64,000 nt of DNA, taken from Octopus sinensis. Taxonomy: Eukaryota. The translations under genes and the position numbers were made by a program. Where the stretch lies: the NCBI RefSeq assembly GCF_006345805.1, contig NC_043011.1:61950464-62014463 (forward strand). The letters run 5' to 3'. Shown one piece after another: positions 1 through 12,238 of this stretch; position 1 is the stretch's first letter, and each line of letters begins with the position of its first letter. The notes under the pieces are model-generated. The model was not told the DNA's origin and did no database searches. It saw only the letters and a program-made list of their open reading frames with translations.

Positions 1-267
1 TGCACTTTCAGGAATACAAATAAGATCAGCTCGACCGGATTAAGTAAATATATTTGGGATCTTAAAGATAAAGATAATAGTTTTGATTTAGAATAGAAAT
101 TCTTTGCCTCCGTACCTTAATACAATGTAAGAAGAAAAAGAAATGCCGCTTGTGCATCAATGAAAACTTTCATATTAAAGGCTAGACTCCCTCCTCTTAA
201 CTCAAGGGAAGAGCGAAATACAACGTGCCTGCACAAGGCTAAATTTGCTTTCTCTAGATATAAATAA
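1..267 (+). pseudogene. Penelope-like element, C-terminal part of GIY-YIG endonuclease domain, decayed
   Basis: Manual translation through 2 stops and 2 frameshifts: CTFRNTNKISSTGLSKYIWDLKDKDNSFDLE*KFFASVP*YNVRR/KCRLCINE/ILKARLPPLNSREERNTTCLHKAKFAFSRYK*. The ST.LSKYIW.LK, CxLCxxE, LNxRxE and TCxH pattern matches PLE C-termini as I recall them; clade not assigned. Confidence 0.7.
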
Positions 268-1032
268 TTTTAGGGATCTAATATGCATCTTCTCCATTAA
301 TGGCACCCAAATGTCTTCACCATAGAAATTCGATTCTAAAAGTTGGCATAGACTACCTTACAATTAAAGTTTGCTCAATAGATTTACTTACCTATGCCCC
401 TTTAGGTAACCCAGCATTAATATCCTTACATTAAACCCGGAGTAAAAACATATCCCACACATAATAACTAAATTATATTATTTCATATCATATTGCTTCA
501 TTTTATTACTCTTCAGTATAACCTTTACACTCTCTTATAATCATACAATACCAGTTCTCTTTACTCTTACCATAAATTTAGACTATAGACTGAACTAGTC
601 TCCATTCCCCTACTATACCTTACATCTGTAAAAATAATTTGCAAATATTTTAATTTTTAATTTTTAATTTTAAATTGTAATCATTAATTTAATTAGGGAT
701 ATCTACTTTTACTTATTTAATTGACCACTAGGCTGACTGATTTAAAGATTGTTTAGCCAATTAGCTGTGAAATCAGCTGTCTGATAGGCTACTCAGCTCA
801 CTGATTAGGTGCACTGGATGGTAGACCAGTAGTCTCCATTTTAGGCCAATTACCTTCACTTAGCCATAAATATTCCCTAATTTTCATAGATAATAAATTC
901 TTTTCATTGTTTTTACTAATTCCACATTCCTATTTAAAACCTTTTGGACCATTTTCACCCCCAACCGTCTTATTTCCTAAATGTCTAAATATATATTATA
1001 ATTTTTCAAATTCTTTTCATTGTTTTATTCGC

Positions 1033-1716
1033 TAATATAAAGTCAGAAACCATGGTCCAGGAGATAGATGGTAAATGTTCTTATTTTTAATTCCCTTCGA
1101 AATTCATCCCTAATAGTGGTTTGGATTTTGGCTATTCCTTCTAGCGTGCTAGGTACCCTATGATGGATAACTCTTATGTGTTTAAATGTACACTGTATTT
1201 ATATGAATAATATATAGTGTACTGACTAATTTTTCTACACGCTAGGCCACTGGCAATAAAAATTTCTAAAATTTTTCTTACCCTGATATTATTAATTATT
1301 GATAATTTTTGTTTTTTGGCAAATTTTCGAAGTAACGCCGGCATTATTTTATCTGCTGCCAACAAAAAACTGCGCTTGCGCGGTGGATTGCCTCGTGTTT
1401 AAATGTTTAATCTAGGCGTACCTGTTGATGAAGACTTCGCCGAGCAAATAATTTTATTTGTTAATACAAAGTCAGAAACCATGTTCCAGAAGACATTAAA
1501 TGTTTTTATTTTTCATTCCCTTCGAAATTCATCCCTAATAATGGTTTGGATTTTGGCTATTCCTTCCAGTGTGCCAGATACCCTATGATGGATACCTCTT
1601 ATGTGTTTAAACGTACATTGTATTTATATAAACAATATATAGTCTATTGACTAATTTTTCTACACGCTAGCCCAATGGTAATAAGAATTTCTAAAATTTT
1701 TATTACCCTATTATTA
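1033..1716. repeat. Direct duplication of a ~260-bp unique segment (1033-1295 and 1462-1716), period ~425-429 bp
   Basis: Both copies read TAATAYAAAGTCAGAAACCATG...TTCCCTTCGAAATTCATCCCTAATA...TTTTTCTACACGCTAG...TTTCTAAAATTTTT; roughly 85% identity by eye. Confidence 0.9.
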
Positions 1717-1953
1717 ATCCTATATATATATATTTATGTGTATGTGTGTGTGTGTGTGTATGTGTGTGTGTATGTGTGTGTGTGTGTATGTGTGTGTGTG
1801 TGTGTGTGTGTAAGTATGTATGTATATGAATATGCTTTCGGTGCGAATGGTTTTTTATATGGCGCCGTGTTTTACAATCCTGTAAAAACGCTTAAAGCTT
1901 ATGGCGATCACCGTGCAATCACTAATGAAAATAGTTTAATAAAGGGGCATGTA

Positions 1954-2011
<58 letters not shown>

Positions 2012-2619
2012 TCAGCAGATCATATATTCGAAAAAGATAATGCACTCCTCTCACTTTCTCTCTCTCTTTCTCTTCATCTTTCTCTATGTACATATATATA
2101 TGATTATTGTCTCTCCTTTGTTTGAAGTAATTATTCGAAAGCGACAGGCTATGAATTTTATTAATAATTGACAGATTGGTATAAATACGATTTAATCAAG
2201 AAAACAGAAGTTAAAGCCCATATGTGTATATATCTAAAAGCACGCGTCTGTCTGTATGCATATTTGTCTGTGTATCTGTTCTCGTGTATCCATATGTGAC
2301 ATTGTATCATTTAAAACCAGCGCATAGCTTTTTGTTTCTTTTCAATACTTACTCATCTCTTTTCTATTGGAATATAAAATATTAATCCTTTATAACGCAA
2401 TTAGCAACTCGTTTGAATGCAATTCCATTGCGCGCAGCAGGATCAGTATTAGGTTACAGCAGCTATCTCCGTATCATACTTAATGAGATACATAGCGAAA
2501 AGGCAAATTTACTACAATATTCATCTGGTGGTAATATCTCTTATGGACGTACAGTGTTTCAGTAAACAAATATATCAGTAACAGACAAAAACTGGCAGAA
2601 CCGTTAGCACGCCGCTATT

Positions 2620-3300
2620 AAGAGCAGTGCTTGTAAGGAAGGTGTGTAGCGTGTGATCGTCGCATTGACCATGACAGAGAAAGTTGTCATGGCGATACCT
2701 GCTCAGAGGCCTACGCAAAGTTGCAGAAAGTGTTTGGAGAGGAGGGTATGAGCTGCACACAAGTCTGCGAGTGGTTCGGACGTTTCCAAGATGGCCGAAA
2801 AATTGTCGATATTGATGAGCTTTCTGAGAGAACCGCAACTAGCAGAACTGAGAAAAACATTGCAGATGTGTGTGAAGCTGTGAGGGGAAATCGTCGAATC
2901 GCCATCCATGAGTTGTCAGAGAAGGTGCAGATTAGTTACGCTTCAGTTCACTGGAGATTTGAGCATGAGTCACGTGTCTGTCAAGTTTGTGCCAAAACTG
3001 CTTTCGGCTGTCCATGAAGACACTTTCCTTGATTGTGTCGAGAACGATGGAAACTTTTTGAAAACTTTGCGTAGGCTTCTGGGGAGGTATCGCCAAGCTT
3101 TTGTCAAGATTCGATGCAGATTCTCTACTCATCTTTCTCTGCCATAGTCAATGCGACGATCGTACGTTAGACACCTTCCTTCCAAAGATTGCTGTAAGCA
3201 GCGGGAGTAAGCTAGAACATCTGTACCAAGCGGTTTCACTCAGCGTGCTTTAGCTTCGTTACTATGGCAACAGTCCGGATACTTATTGATCAGACCACGT
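2620..3300. mobile_element. Mariner relic made of two 5' ends in inverted orientation (plus copy ~2620-3068, minus copy ~3048-3300 with TIR)
   Basis: Plus: MQKVFGEEGMSCTQVCEWFGRFQDGRKIVDIDE...VSVKFVPKLL...ENDGNFL (mariner N-terminal HTH to WVP-like motif). Minus: ATGGCAGAGAAAGATGAG start, with TIR-like TACGTGGTCTGATCAATAAGTATCCGGAC at the 3300 end. Confidence 0.8.
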
Positions 3301-3656
3301 ATCTTACAAAATACTAGAACGATAAACAATTTTGGAAAGGTCAGGTGACTAACGAATGGTTAAATGGTACTTTATGTTATCGACACTTGAGAGAGGAAAT
3401 GCAAAACTTGCCACGGCAGTATTTGAACTTGGAATGTAAAGAATTGGAAGAAATATCGGTAAGAATTTCTTTTACCAACGCTTCCCCAATAACATAATCA
3501 ACGATTTACTTTACATTTTTTCATCTCCTCTTTAGATGTCAAAGCAAATAATAGAGATTTTATGTCGATATAAGTGCGTTTATCTCGAGATTCTTGGCGT
3601 AGTTCTTAGAAATTGACCTAGCACAAGAGTTCCAAATTTACTTGCAATTACATATA

Positions 3657-4251
3657 TATTTCTTTATTGCTCACAGGGGGCTAAAAACAGAGGGGGACAA
3701 ACAAGGATAGACAAAGGGATTAAGTCAATTACATCGACCCCAGTGCGTAACTGGTACTTATTTAATCGCCCCCGAAAGGATGAAAGACAAAGTCGACCTC
3801 GGCGGAATTTGAACTCAGAACGTAACGGTAGACGAAATACCTATTTCTTTACTACACACAAGGGGCTAAACACAGAGGGGACAAACAAGGACAGACAAAC
3901 GGATTAAGTCGAATATATCGACCCCAATGCGTAACTGGTACTTATTTAATCGACCCCGAAAGGATGAAAGGCAAAGTCGATCTCAGCGGAATTTGAACTC
4001 AGAACGTAACGACAGACGAAATACCTATTTCTTTATTAACGACAGGGGGCTAGACATAGAGGGGACAAACAAGGACAGACATAGGTATTAAGTCGATTAC
4101 ATCGACCCCAGTGCGTAACTGGTACATAATTTATCGACCCCGAAAGGCTGAAAGGCAAAGTCGACTCCGGAGGAATTTGAACTCAGAACGTAACGGCTGA
4201 CGAAATACCGTTAAGCATTTCGCCCAACATGCTAACGTTTCTGCCAGCCCC
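3657..4251 (-). mobile_element. tRNA-derived SINE (family C), three head-to-tail units of ~184 bp; only the 5'-most unit keeps the tRNA-like head
   Basis: Units start at 3657, 3842 and 4026 with TATTTCTTTA. Each contains GGTCGATAAATTAAGTACCAGTTACGCACTGGGGTCGAT and TTCTGAGTTCAAATTCC (B-box-like) on the minus strand. The central domain resembles the MetaSINE/Sauria-type domain (from memory). Confidence 0.85.
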
Positions 4252-4770
4252 TCGCCACCTTAAAGCTTCTTACCACACGGCTGCATCTGCGCCTTTTCCT
4301 TTAATTTGCTTTTACTAACCCATATTTCAACATAGTTTCTTGCCTAAGTCATAAGAATTTAGAAACGTCGAGGGCATACGAAATAATTTGCTTTAACGAT
4401 TCAACTGAAAGCAGAAAAGGCTATAAATAAATAAGGTGTAGATATTATTACTAATAGCATGTAAATATGAGGTCAAATTTTTTCTAACAAAAAAGCCATT
4501 TTTTAAACTTAGTATTTACCTATTATCTTCAGGGTGGGCCAGAATTCAGAAGTTATTAATATATTCATATCTATTAATAAGCATTTTAAGAAATATAATA
4601 ATACATTCAAACAATACAATAGCATTAAAATAAACATATTAAGAAATAAAACTATTTAGTCAGTCATGAATTCTGGCCCATCCTATGCTTCAAGTCCAAC
4701 CGTTAAAAACGAATTGTAATAGTTTCTTGCACTGGAACACCGAGAAGAGTTTTTTGCTGTAGTATCTTAG

Positions 4771-4946
4771 CAGGACTGGCTGCGTGGTAAGTAGCTTGCT
4801 TGCCAACCACATGGTTCCGGATTCAGTCCCACTTTTTGGCACCTTGGACAAGTGTCTTCTACTGTAACCTCGAGCCGACCAAAGGCTTGGGAGTAGATTT
4901 GGTAGATGGAAACTGAAAGAAGCCCGTCGTATATATACATATATAT

Positions 4947-5007
<61 letters not shown>

Positions 5008-5205
5008 ATGTATATGTTTGTGTGTCTGTGTTTGCCCCCCCCCACCTGACAACTGATGTTAGTGTGTTTACCCCCGTAACAGTTCAGCAAAACAGACCAA
5101 TAGAACAAGCACAAGGTTTACAAAGGATAAGTCCTGGGGCCGATTCGTTCGACTAAAGGCGGTGTTCCAGTATAGCTGCAGTCAAATGACTGAAACGAAT
5201 AAAAG
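4771..5205 (+). mobile_element. SINE family A (tRNA-like head, CORE-like segment, internal (TA)n/(TG)n, CR1-like tail)
   Basis: GGCTGCGTGGTAAGTAGCTTGC...GGTTCCGGATTCAGTCCC head, GGCACCTTGGACAAGTGTCTTCT core, tail GGCGGTGTTCCAG...CAGTCAAATGACTGAAAC. Resembles described octopus tRNA-derived SINEs (OK/OR1/OR2); exact name needs a library search. Confidence 0.9.
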
Positions 5206-5646
5206 GATAAAATACTTAGGGTCGTAAGGTCTCAAGTTCAAATCCCGGCGACGTGTTGTGTCCTTCAGCAAGAGACTTTATTTCATATTACACCAGTCCA
5301 TTCAGCTGGGGAAAATGAGTTGTACCTGTATTTCAAAAGGGCCAACCCCTTGTCATATTCTGTGTCAAGCTGTCAAGGGTCTTCTTCTATAGCCACGGGC
5401 TGACCAAAGCTTTGTGAGTGGATTCGGTAGACGGAAACTGTAAGAAGCTCGTCGTATATATTCTACAGATACCTACATGAATGTATGTCTTTGTGCCTGT
5501 TTTTTTAACCCACCATCGCATGACAACCGTATTGGTGTGTTTACGTCCCCGTAACTTAACAGTTTCGCAAAAATGATCGATTGAGTAAGTACCAAGCTTA
5601 TAAAAAATAAATAAATGTGGAGGTTGATTTATTCAACTAAAAATTC

Positions 5647-6387
5647 GGTAGTTTTTGGTTATCTCATCCCCATTAAAAAGCTGCCATTAAAAAACTGGGT
5701 TATCTCCCCACTAAAAAATCAAGTTAATGTGTCAACAAGAGATTGGATTAAAAGGGGTTAGATCCTTTTGATTCAATACTTCAAGACATTGTTGATGTTT
5801 GGCCTCCTCAATAGGCAGGGTAGGATTTTAGAAAATTCCTATTTGTAAATCTCACAACGTGAGATATTCAGCAACAGTACTTTGGAGTAAAGATTGTTTG
5901 CCAACATAACATGGCAGTCCTGGTTTAGGACTAATGTTGCTGTAATTTAGCCCCAGGAGACATCGTCTCCAGCTGGCAAGACAGTACGATCTGTGTCCTT
6001 ATAATTTCGAACAAGGGAATCTAGCACCCCCACTCAGCTCCAAACAATATCTGTGCATCGTGAAATAACCCGGAAATCGTAATACACAGATATTGTTCTG
6101 AGCTGAGTGGGGGTGCTAGATTCCCTTGTTCGAAAACATAAGGACACAGATCGTGTCGTATGGCCAGCTGGAGACGATGTCTCTTGGGACTAAATTACAG
6201 CAACACTCGTCCTAAACCAGGACTGCCATGTTATGTTGGCAAACAATCTTTACTCCATGGTATGATTTGTTAGATTCAATTTTTCATTTCTTTTTTTTTT
6301 GTTTTGTTTTATTGGGGGTTAAACAATTTTTTTAGTTGGGGGAGATAACCCAATTTTTTAATGGGGGTGAGATAACCAAAAAATACC
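5647..6387. mobile_element. MITE with GGTA-starting TIRs and an 8-9 bp TSD (Merlin- or MULE-like)
   Basis: Left end GGTAGTTTTTGGTTATCTC; right end reverse complement GGTATTTTTTGGTTATCTC (18/19). Similarity extends ~70 bp inward. Flanks are TAAAAATTC and TAAAATTC. Confidence 0.75.
5878..6262. mobile_element. Fold-back element, ~175-bp arms around a 29-bp spacer (6056-6084), TA-bounded
   Basis: GGAGTAAAGATTGTTTGCCAACATAACATGGCAGTCC...CAATATCTGTG is mirrored by CACAGATATTG...GGACTGCCATGTTATGTTGGCAAACAATCTTTACTCC; about 90% arm identity. Confidence 0.9.
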
Positions 6388-6789
6388 TAAAATTCTTCAA
6401 AGCGGTGCCCCAGTATAGCCGCAGTCCAATGATTGAAACAAGCAAAAGATGAAAAACAGATACAGTTGTAATAAGGACTAAATAAAGTTTGCAATCATTG
6501 GTGCTTTAAGTTCTTGGAGTTTGGAGAAGGGGTGGGGAATATGTCGTTTCTGTTCTTGTAAAGTAAATTAAGGAACGGCGCCTCTCCTCAAGTTTACCAT
6601 CCGTTACCGCTTCGTTGGGTAGATTTAATGGTGTGGAATATGTGGTGACTGTAACTTTACCTTTCGAAACATGAGGATCCTTGATGAAAGGTCGTGAACC
6701 GTGGTGACCTTCTTCCGACTAAGCTGTGAACAAAAAAAAAAAAAGAATGAAAAAATAAAAAGCAAGCATTTTGAGAATAGCATTATCCT

Positions 6790-7166
6790 TGCAATTAATC
6801 ATTTTCTACTCACACACACACACATGCACAGACACACGCACAAACACACACATACACACACAAACACTACACATACATACACAAACACACACACAGAGAA
6901 ATACACACACACACACATAACACACACACACAAATATACACACACACAAAAACACACACACAACACACACACACAAAACACACACACACATACACACACT
7001 AACACACGAACACATACACACAAACACACACAAACACAAACACACGCACATACAAACACACTCACACAAATACACACACACGCAAACACACACACACACG
7101 CTCAAGCACACACACACAACGCACACAAACATATAAACACACACACAACACATACAAATACACACA

Positions 7167-7200
<34 letters not shown>
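6790..7200. repeat. Degenerate (CA)n microsatellite
   Basis: Direct reading; explains the Thr/His and Cys/Val ORFs in the track. Confidence 0.95.
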
Positions 7201-7201
<1 letters not shown>

Positions 7202-7391
7202 AAGCATTAATCATCTGAGTTTCCTGTTTTTTATTTTTTTAACGATAATAATTACAATTATTCACAAAGATGGTTTTTACGGTATTCACCGGAATTAACA
7301 TGAATATCCGGGTTCCATTCGCCGTATCAACATATATTGTACACGAATATAAAAGACAGAAATGTAACGTATAGTGAATAATACAGAGTAA

Positions 7392-7940
7392 TATACAAGG
7401 TGTGCCGGGTGTTTGTGAGTTCAAACGTCAGCCAATCCACACAAAAGACAAAAAACGGAAATGATCCTAACGTAATGTTACGTTGTACCACGTCAAATCT
7501 CGAACTCTTTCAGATTGCATTGGGAAATGGAAAAGCACGGGGTTGTCTTGGCTTTAGTCGATAGCCACAGAGACTCGGAGATCGCTAGTTTCTCTTAGAT
7601 GGTTTGGTCCTTCGCGTTCAGGATTGAAAAAGCTGGAGGGGCGGGGCTCTAGCAGAAGTAAGTCAACGGTGGTCAAGAATAAGAAAATTTCTAAACGGCC
7701 AGACGTCCCCAAGACGGCCAAATTCGTCCAGCAGATCGAGGACATTATAAGCAACAACCTCAAGAATTAGATGAGAGGCCGTCATCAAACAATATACAAT
7801 AACCACATATGTATACAATAATTTCATTATATATTAACATCTCGACGTGGCTGAGTCCACTATCAAATGCGTGGTATACGAGGATATCATGTACAGCTCC
7901 TTCGTGGTGAAGAAAGGGTTGTCCATATCCTCCGGTAAGA
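7392..7940 (+). mobile_element. Possible 5' fragment of a Tc1/maT-like transposon, decayed
   Basis: TACAAGGTGTGCC TIR-like start. Broken frames give MEKHGVVLALVDSHRDSEIA, KISKRPDVPKTAKFVQQIEDIISNN and HLDVAESTIKCVVYEDIMYSSF, which resemble maT N-termini. Confidence 0.45.
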
Positions 7941-8782
7941 CGTGGCAAAATACTGTGATAGTTTGATCATGTGATCTGTGACATCACGTGGCTTCGTAAC
8001 TGTCTTTAATTTGGAGCTCTTGCATTGCTTCGTCTGCAGTGTTACTGAGTGGCAGGGGACCGAGGGCGGCCACATGGTGTCGAGGACACGTTGGGAGCTG
8101 GTGTTATGGGCGTGAAGGCACCTGACGGCCGCATGTTGGTCTGTCAGATCCAGACCCTCGTTGTGTTTTTTTTTCTTTCATATATTTAATGAAATGTGTG
8201 TTCTCTCTTTTCTCTCAACAGCATCAGAGAACCTCAAAGCAATGTAATCAATCGTGCACGAGACAATGAGGAAACGAGGAAGCCCCTAAGTGGTCGCTCG
8301 GCCTACAACGAACACCATTCAAATCTGCTTCGTATCAGACCCTGAAAAGAGGATAACATTGGATAAAGAGTAAAGTGAAAAGATCTTCGTCATTTTCGAC
8401 GAGGAGTACTCTCACCGTTCGTTTAATTGAACTATCTACTCACTGGATTATAATGTAACTGGCTGAATATTTCGCAGACATCCTCGGGTAAAGTCAGTAA
8501 GAGACAGTGTATAATAGGGAAGGTCTTTTCAATTGCAGGCTTCTACACAGTTTCCAACTATCCAAATTCATTCACAAAGCTTGAAATGATTGATGCCAGG
8601 AAAGAAGAAATTTGTCAAAGATATGACGAAGTGGGACAAAACCGGCATTCAAGACTGCGACAAGATACAATTTGAGTGAAATTTTAGTTGCTAAAAATGT
8701 AAATAATTTTTTTTTTTTAAAGTAAGAAATGAAGCAGGTAAACACGGACTACGAATGATTCGTAGCAAAGTGATGCTACTTA

Positions 8783-8830
8783 CCGGTGCATCAGCTTGGC
8801 CGCAGCTCTTAGCTGGAGCATAAAAAAAAA
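8783..8830 (+). mobile_element. 3'-terminal stub of CR1-like LINE (same tail type as 49719-49769)
   Basis: CCGGTGCATCAGCTTGGCCGCAGCTCTTAGCTGGAGCAT followed by an A-run. Confidence 0.65.
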
Positions 8831-8953
8831 ATACACAAAAGGAACTTAGCTAATCCTCAGGTCCTGTTACCTCTGCGTTGTTTACATTATCGTGTGCAGA
8901 TGAATAAATGATTTATGAAACTAACCACAACACGAATGGCAAGTTTAAAAGCA

Positions 8954-9055
8954 GAAACGTAAAAGACTTTTTCTATTCCTGAGCATTATACTTAATACAT
9001 CTGTTTGTTTGTACACCACCTGTCTTCGTCTTTGGTTTTTTCGTAACCTCTCCTA
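8954..9055 (+). mobile_element. PLE terminal-repeat fragment retaining the 3' half of a hammerhead (GAAACGTA|AAAG)
   Basis: Aligns to the minus-strand PLE tail at 35700-35815 (CCTGAGC, TGTTTGTTTG, CACCTGYCTTCGTCTTT); ends in (TA)n. Confidence 0.7.
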
Positions 9056-9091
9056 TATATATATATATATTATATATATATATAGATATTA

Positions 9092-9128
<37 letters not shown>

Positions 9129-9949
9129 GTAATAATATGTGACACTTATTCAATAAGCCAAGATAAAACTCTGAGTTTCGGATGCCGAGGTGGAAATCCA
9201 CAACAACATCTCTTCGGTTATCTGGCCATATATATATATATATATATTATATATATCTGTGTGTGTGTGTATAAAGGTGGGAGTAGTCTGTGCGTGTAAC
9301 CTCGCTGCTGACAACCAGTGTTGGTTTACTTCTCGTAACTTAGCGGTTACCAAAGGGAGACCGATAGAATAAGTAAATAGACGTTGAAATAAATGAATAG
9401 ATACTGGGATTGATTTGTTCGACCAATCCTACAGGACAACCCTCCAGCATGGCCGCTGGAATCGAGTGAAAGTGTACAATTAATTTTGAGCGAATCACTG
9501 GCAGCTTTCACGCTTCTTTTAGTTTTCTGGGAATAAAGACACGGAATCAGCCATCTGGAAAGTTTCGCTTTTCTCTGTTCTAATAGCGAAAACAAACGAA
9601 GACAATCTGTATGCAAGGGTTGCTCGGATTAAAAGAAAAGTTATTCCCAAGATCGAGGAGCAAATCTGATTGGTTGATCTGGGGCAATGGGCCGTAATGT
9701 AGCGGGAACTGCTTACAAGACATCAACGCATATTTATTCCATTATCGGTTTGGGTCTCAGAGTGTGGCCATTAAAAGCGCCATTAAAAGTTTTGACACGT
9801 TTGTAATGGGATTCTTGGTTGGAGGTCTTTAACCTGAAAATATATGCATATTCCATCTTATTCTGATATTCATACCTTCTGTTTCTTTCTGTCTGTCTCT
9901 CTGTCTCTCTCTCACACTCTCTCTCTCTCTCCTTCTTTCGCATACCTAC

Positions 9950-10263
9950 ATGGACATACTCTCGCTTTCTCACGTTCATATACACACTTTCATGTATGGT
10001 AAAATACATACACTTTGCATACATACACAAACGTATGCGTACACTATTAAGTACAAACATTCACATACATACACCTGCATACATACACACGCAACACACA
10101 CACACCACACTACACATAAGTATATGTATAGACTTATGCATGTGTGTGTATAAATATATATATATATAAATACAAACGTGTATGTATATACACACACACA
10201 CACACACATATATATAGATAGATAGGTAGATAGATAGATACCTGTATGTATATACATACATAC

Positions 10264-10294
<31 letters not shown>

Positions 10295-10487
10295 CATATA
10301 TATATATGTTGTATATATATACATATATGTATACATATATGTATACATATACACATATATGTGTGTATATATCTACATATATGTGTGTATATATATATAT
10401 TATTATACTCATGTATATATACAGGGTGTATATATATATGTTATATATATATGTAATATATATATATATAATATGTATAACACCACA

Positions 10488-10529
<42 letters not shown>

Positions 10530-10552
10530 TATATATATATAATGTAATCTTA
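9950..10552. repeat. Compound (CA)n/(TA)n/(TAGA)n microsatellite block
   Basis: Direct reading. Confidence 0.95.
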
Positions 10553-11625
10553 AAAATGTTTTAGCCCGAAGGCCGCGGCCATGCTGGGGCACCACCGCTG
10601 AATGAGCTACACTATTTGTTTGTGAATCCACCTCTGATAACGTGGCACTTGATCAACAAGGAGTTCGATGCTGCTGCCCCGTCTCCGGTCCCCTGTCGTG
10701 AGGTAGGTTCATCTGGGACTCCCAACAAGAAGAGATCCAGTTTAGTTTAAAGAAACCCACATCCACACCATGTAAGTCTCTCAGGCATTTAGGAGGATGT
10801 TAAAGAGCTTGTGGTCCTCTGAAACCCAAGCTGTTGCAGTATCTGGACCTGTATTTTGATGGTGATGTTGGAATCCTTGGCACCACGCAGCGCGCCCCGT
10901 TCTGCGGTTGGAGTAACTTTGAATGCCAAAGTTTGGGACAAGACCCTCCAGGATTTTCCAGATGTATATCACTGCATATCTCTCCCGCCTCCGCTCCAGG
11001 GAGAAGAGGTTAATACCTCAGTCTTCCCAGTAGCTGACATTTTGCATTGAGCGATTTTCTTGTGTAGCTTCTCTGAGTTGCTTCGAGTTCTGCTGTTTGT
11101 TTTATATTGTGTGGTGACCAAAGTTGGGGCAGTAGTCCCCAGCGGCTGAGGACAAATGTTTTTTCCATAGACCATCAGTGCTCCTTCTCTCTTGTTCTGA
11201 AGTTCGGAGAATCCATCCAGCTAGCCGTCTGCATTTTATCACCAGATTAGCAATATGCATTTGGAAAGATGCATCATTGCTCATGTCAATGCCCCGGTCA
11301 CGCACTGATTTTGACTCAGGGATTGCCATTCTTCTGGGCCAGTGTATCCAGTCTTCACGTCATTTACCTTTGTGTGCCAGTAGTCGGCAGGGCCTGGAAA
11401 CTTACCTGCATTAAACTGCATGTTGTTGTCCTCAGCCAACCTGTATATTGTGTCCAGCTCATGTTGCAGATGCGCAATATTTTCAGGGTTTTGTATTGCG
11501 TGGGAGACTTTTGTGTCATCTGCATAGCTATAGCAAGGGTGGTCATCGTAGCAACTGAAGGCATGTCTGAAAGGGCCACTATGAACATCAGTGCCCCAAG
11601 ACAGTGCCCTGTGGGACACCGCTTG
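10552..11625 (-). mobile_element. 5'-truncated CR1/L2-type LINE: RT C-terminal half plus 3' tail, frameshifted
   Basis: Pieces of GVPQGTVLG, YADDTK, LQHELDTIYRLAEDNNMQFNAGKF, IYIWKILEGLVPNFGI and GPQLFNIL across frames; tail GGTGCCCCAGCATGGCCGCGGCCTTCGGGCTAAAAC; flanked by (TA)n. Confidence 0.9.
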
Positions 11626-11895
11626 TGTATGTAGTATATACATATACATACACATATATATATATATTGATACTACGTATATATATATAATGTATATGTA
11701 TATATATATATATATTATATTATATATATATATATATATTATATATATATATACATATCATATACATATATATATATATACGTATGTATCAATATATATC
11801 TGTAAGTATGTATATGCATGTATGTATAATTGTATGTAGCAACACACATATGCACATGCATTATCGGTGTGTTTGTATGCATTGTGTGTGTGTAT

Positions 11896-11968
<73 letters not shown>

Positions 11969-12002
11969 GTATATGTATTATATATATATATTATATATAA
12001 TA

Positions 12003-12036
<34 letters not shown>

Positions 12037-12207
12037 CATATCTACATATACATATATATAATATACGTATGTATTCAATATATATCTGTAGTACGTATAT
12101 ATGCATGTATGTATAATTGTATGTATGCACACACACATATGCACATGCATTATCGGTGTGTTTGTATGCAGTGTGTGTGTGTATACACACACACACACAT
12201 ATATGTA

Positions 12208-12238
<31 letters not shown>

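Larger units (their letters stand above)
5375..6455 (+). mobile_element. SINE family A copy interrupted by a nested MITE at 5647-6387
   Basis: SINE body runs 5375-5646 and the tail resumes at 6388 (TAAAATTCTTCAAAGCGGTGCCCCAG...). Confidence 0.85.

Noticed and set aside
1420-1450. TTGATGAAGACTTCGCCGAGCAAA as a decayed hammerhead
   Set aside because: Needs several corrections and has no stem I or stem III.
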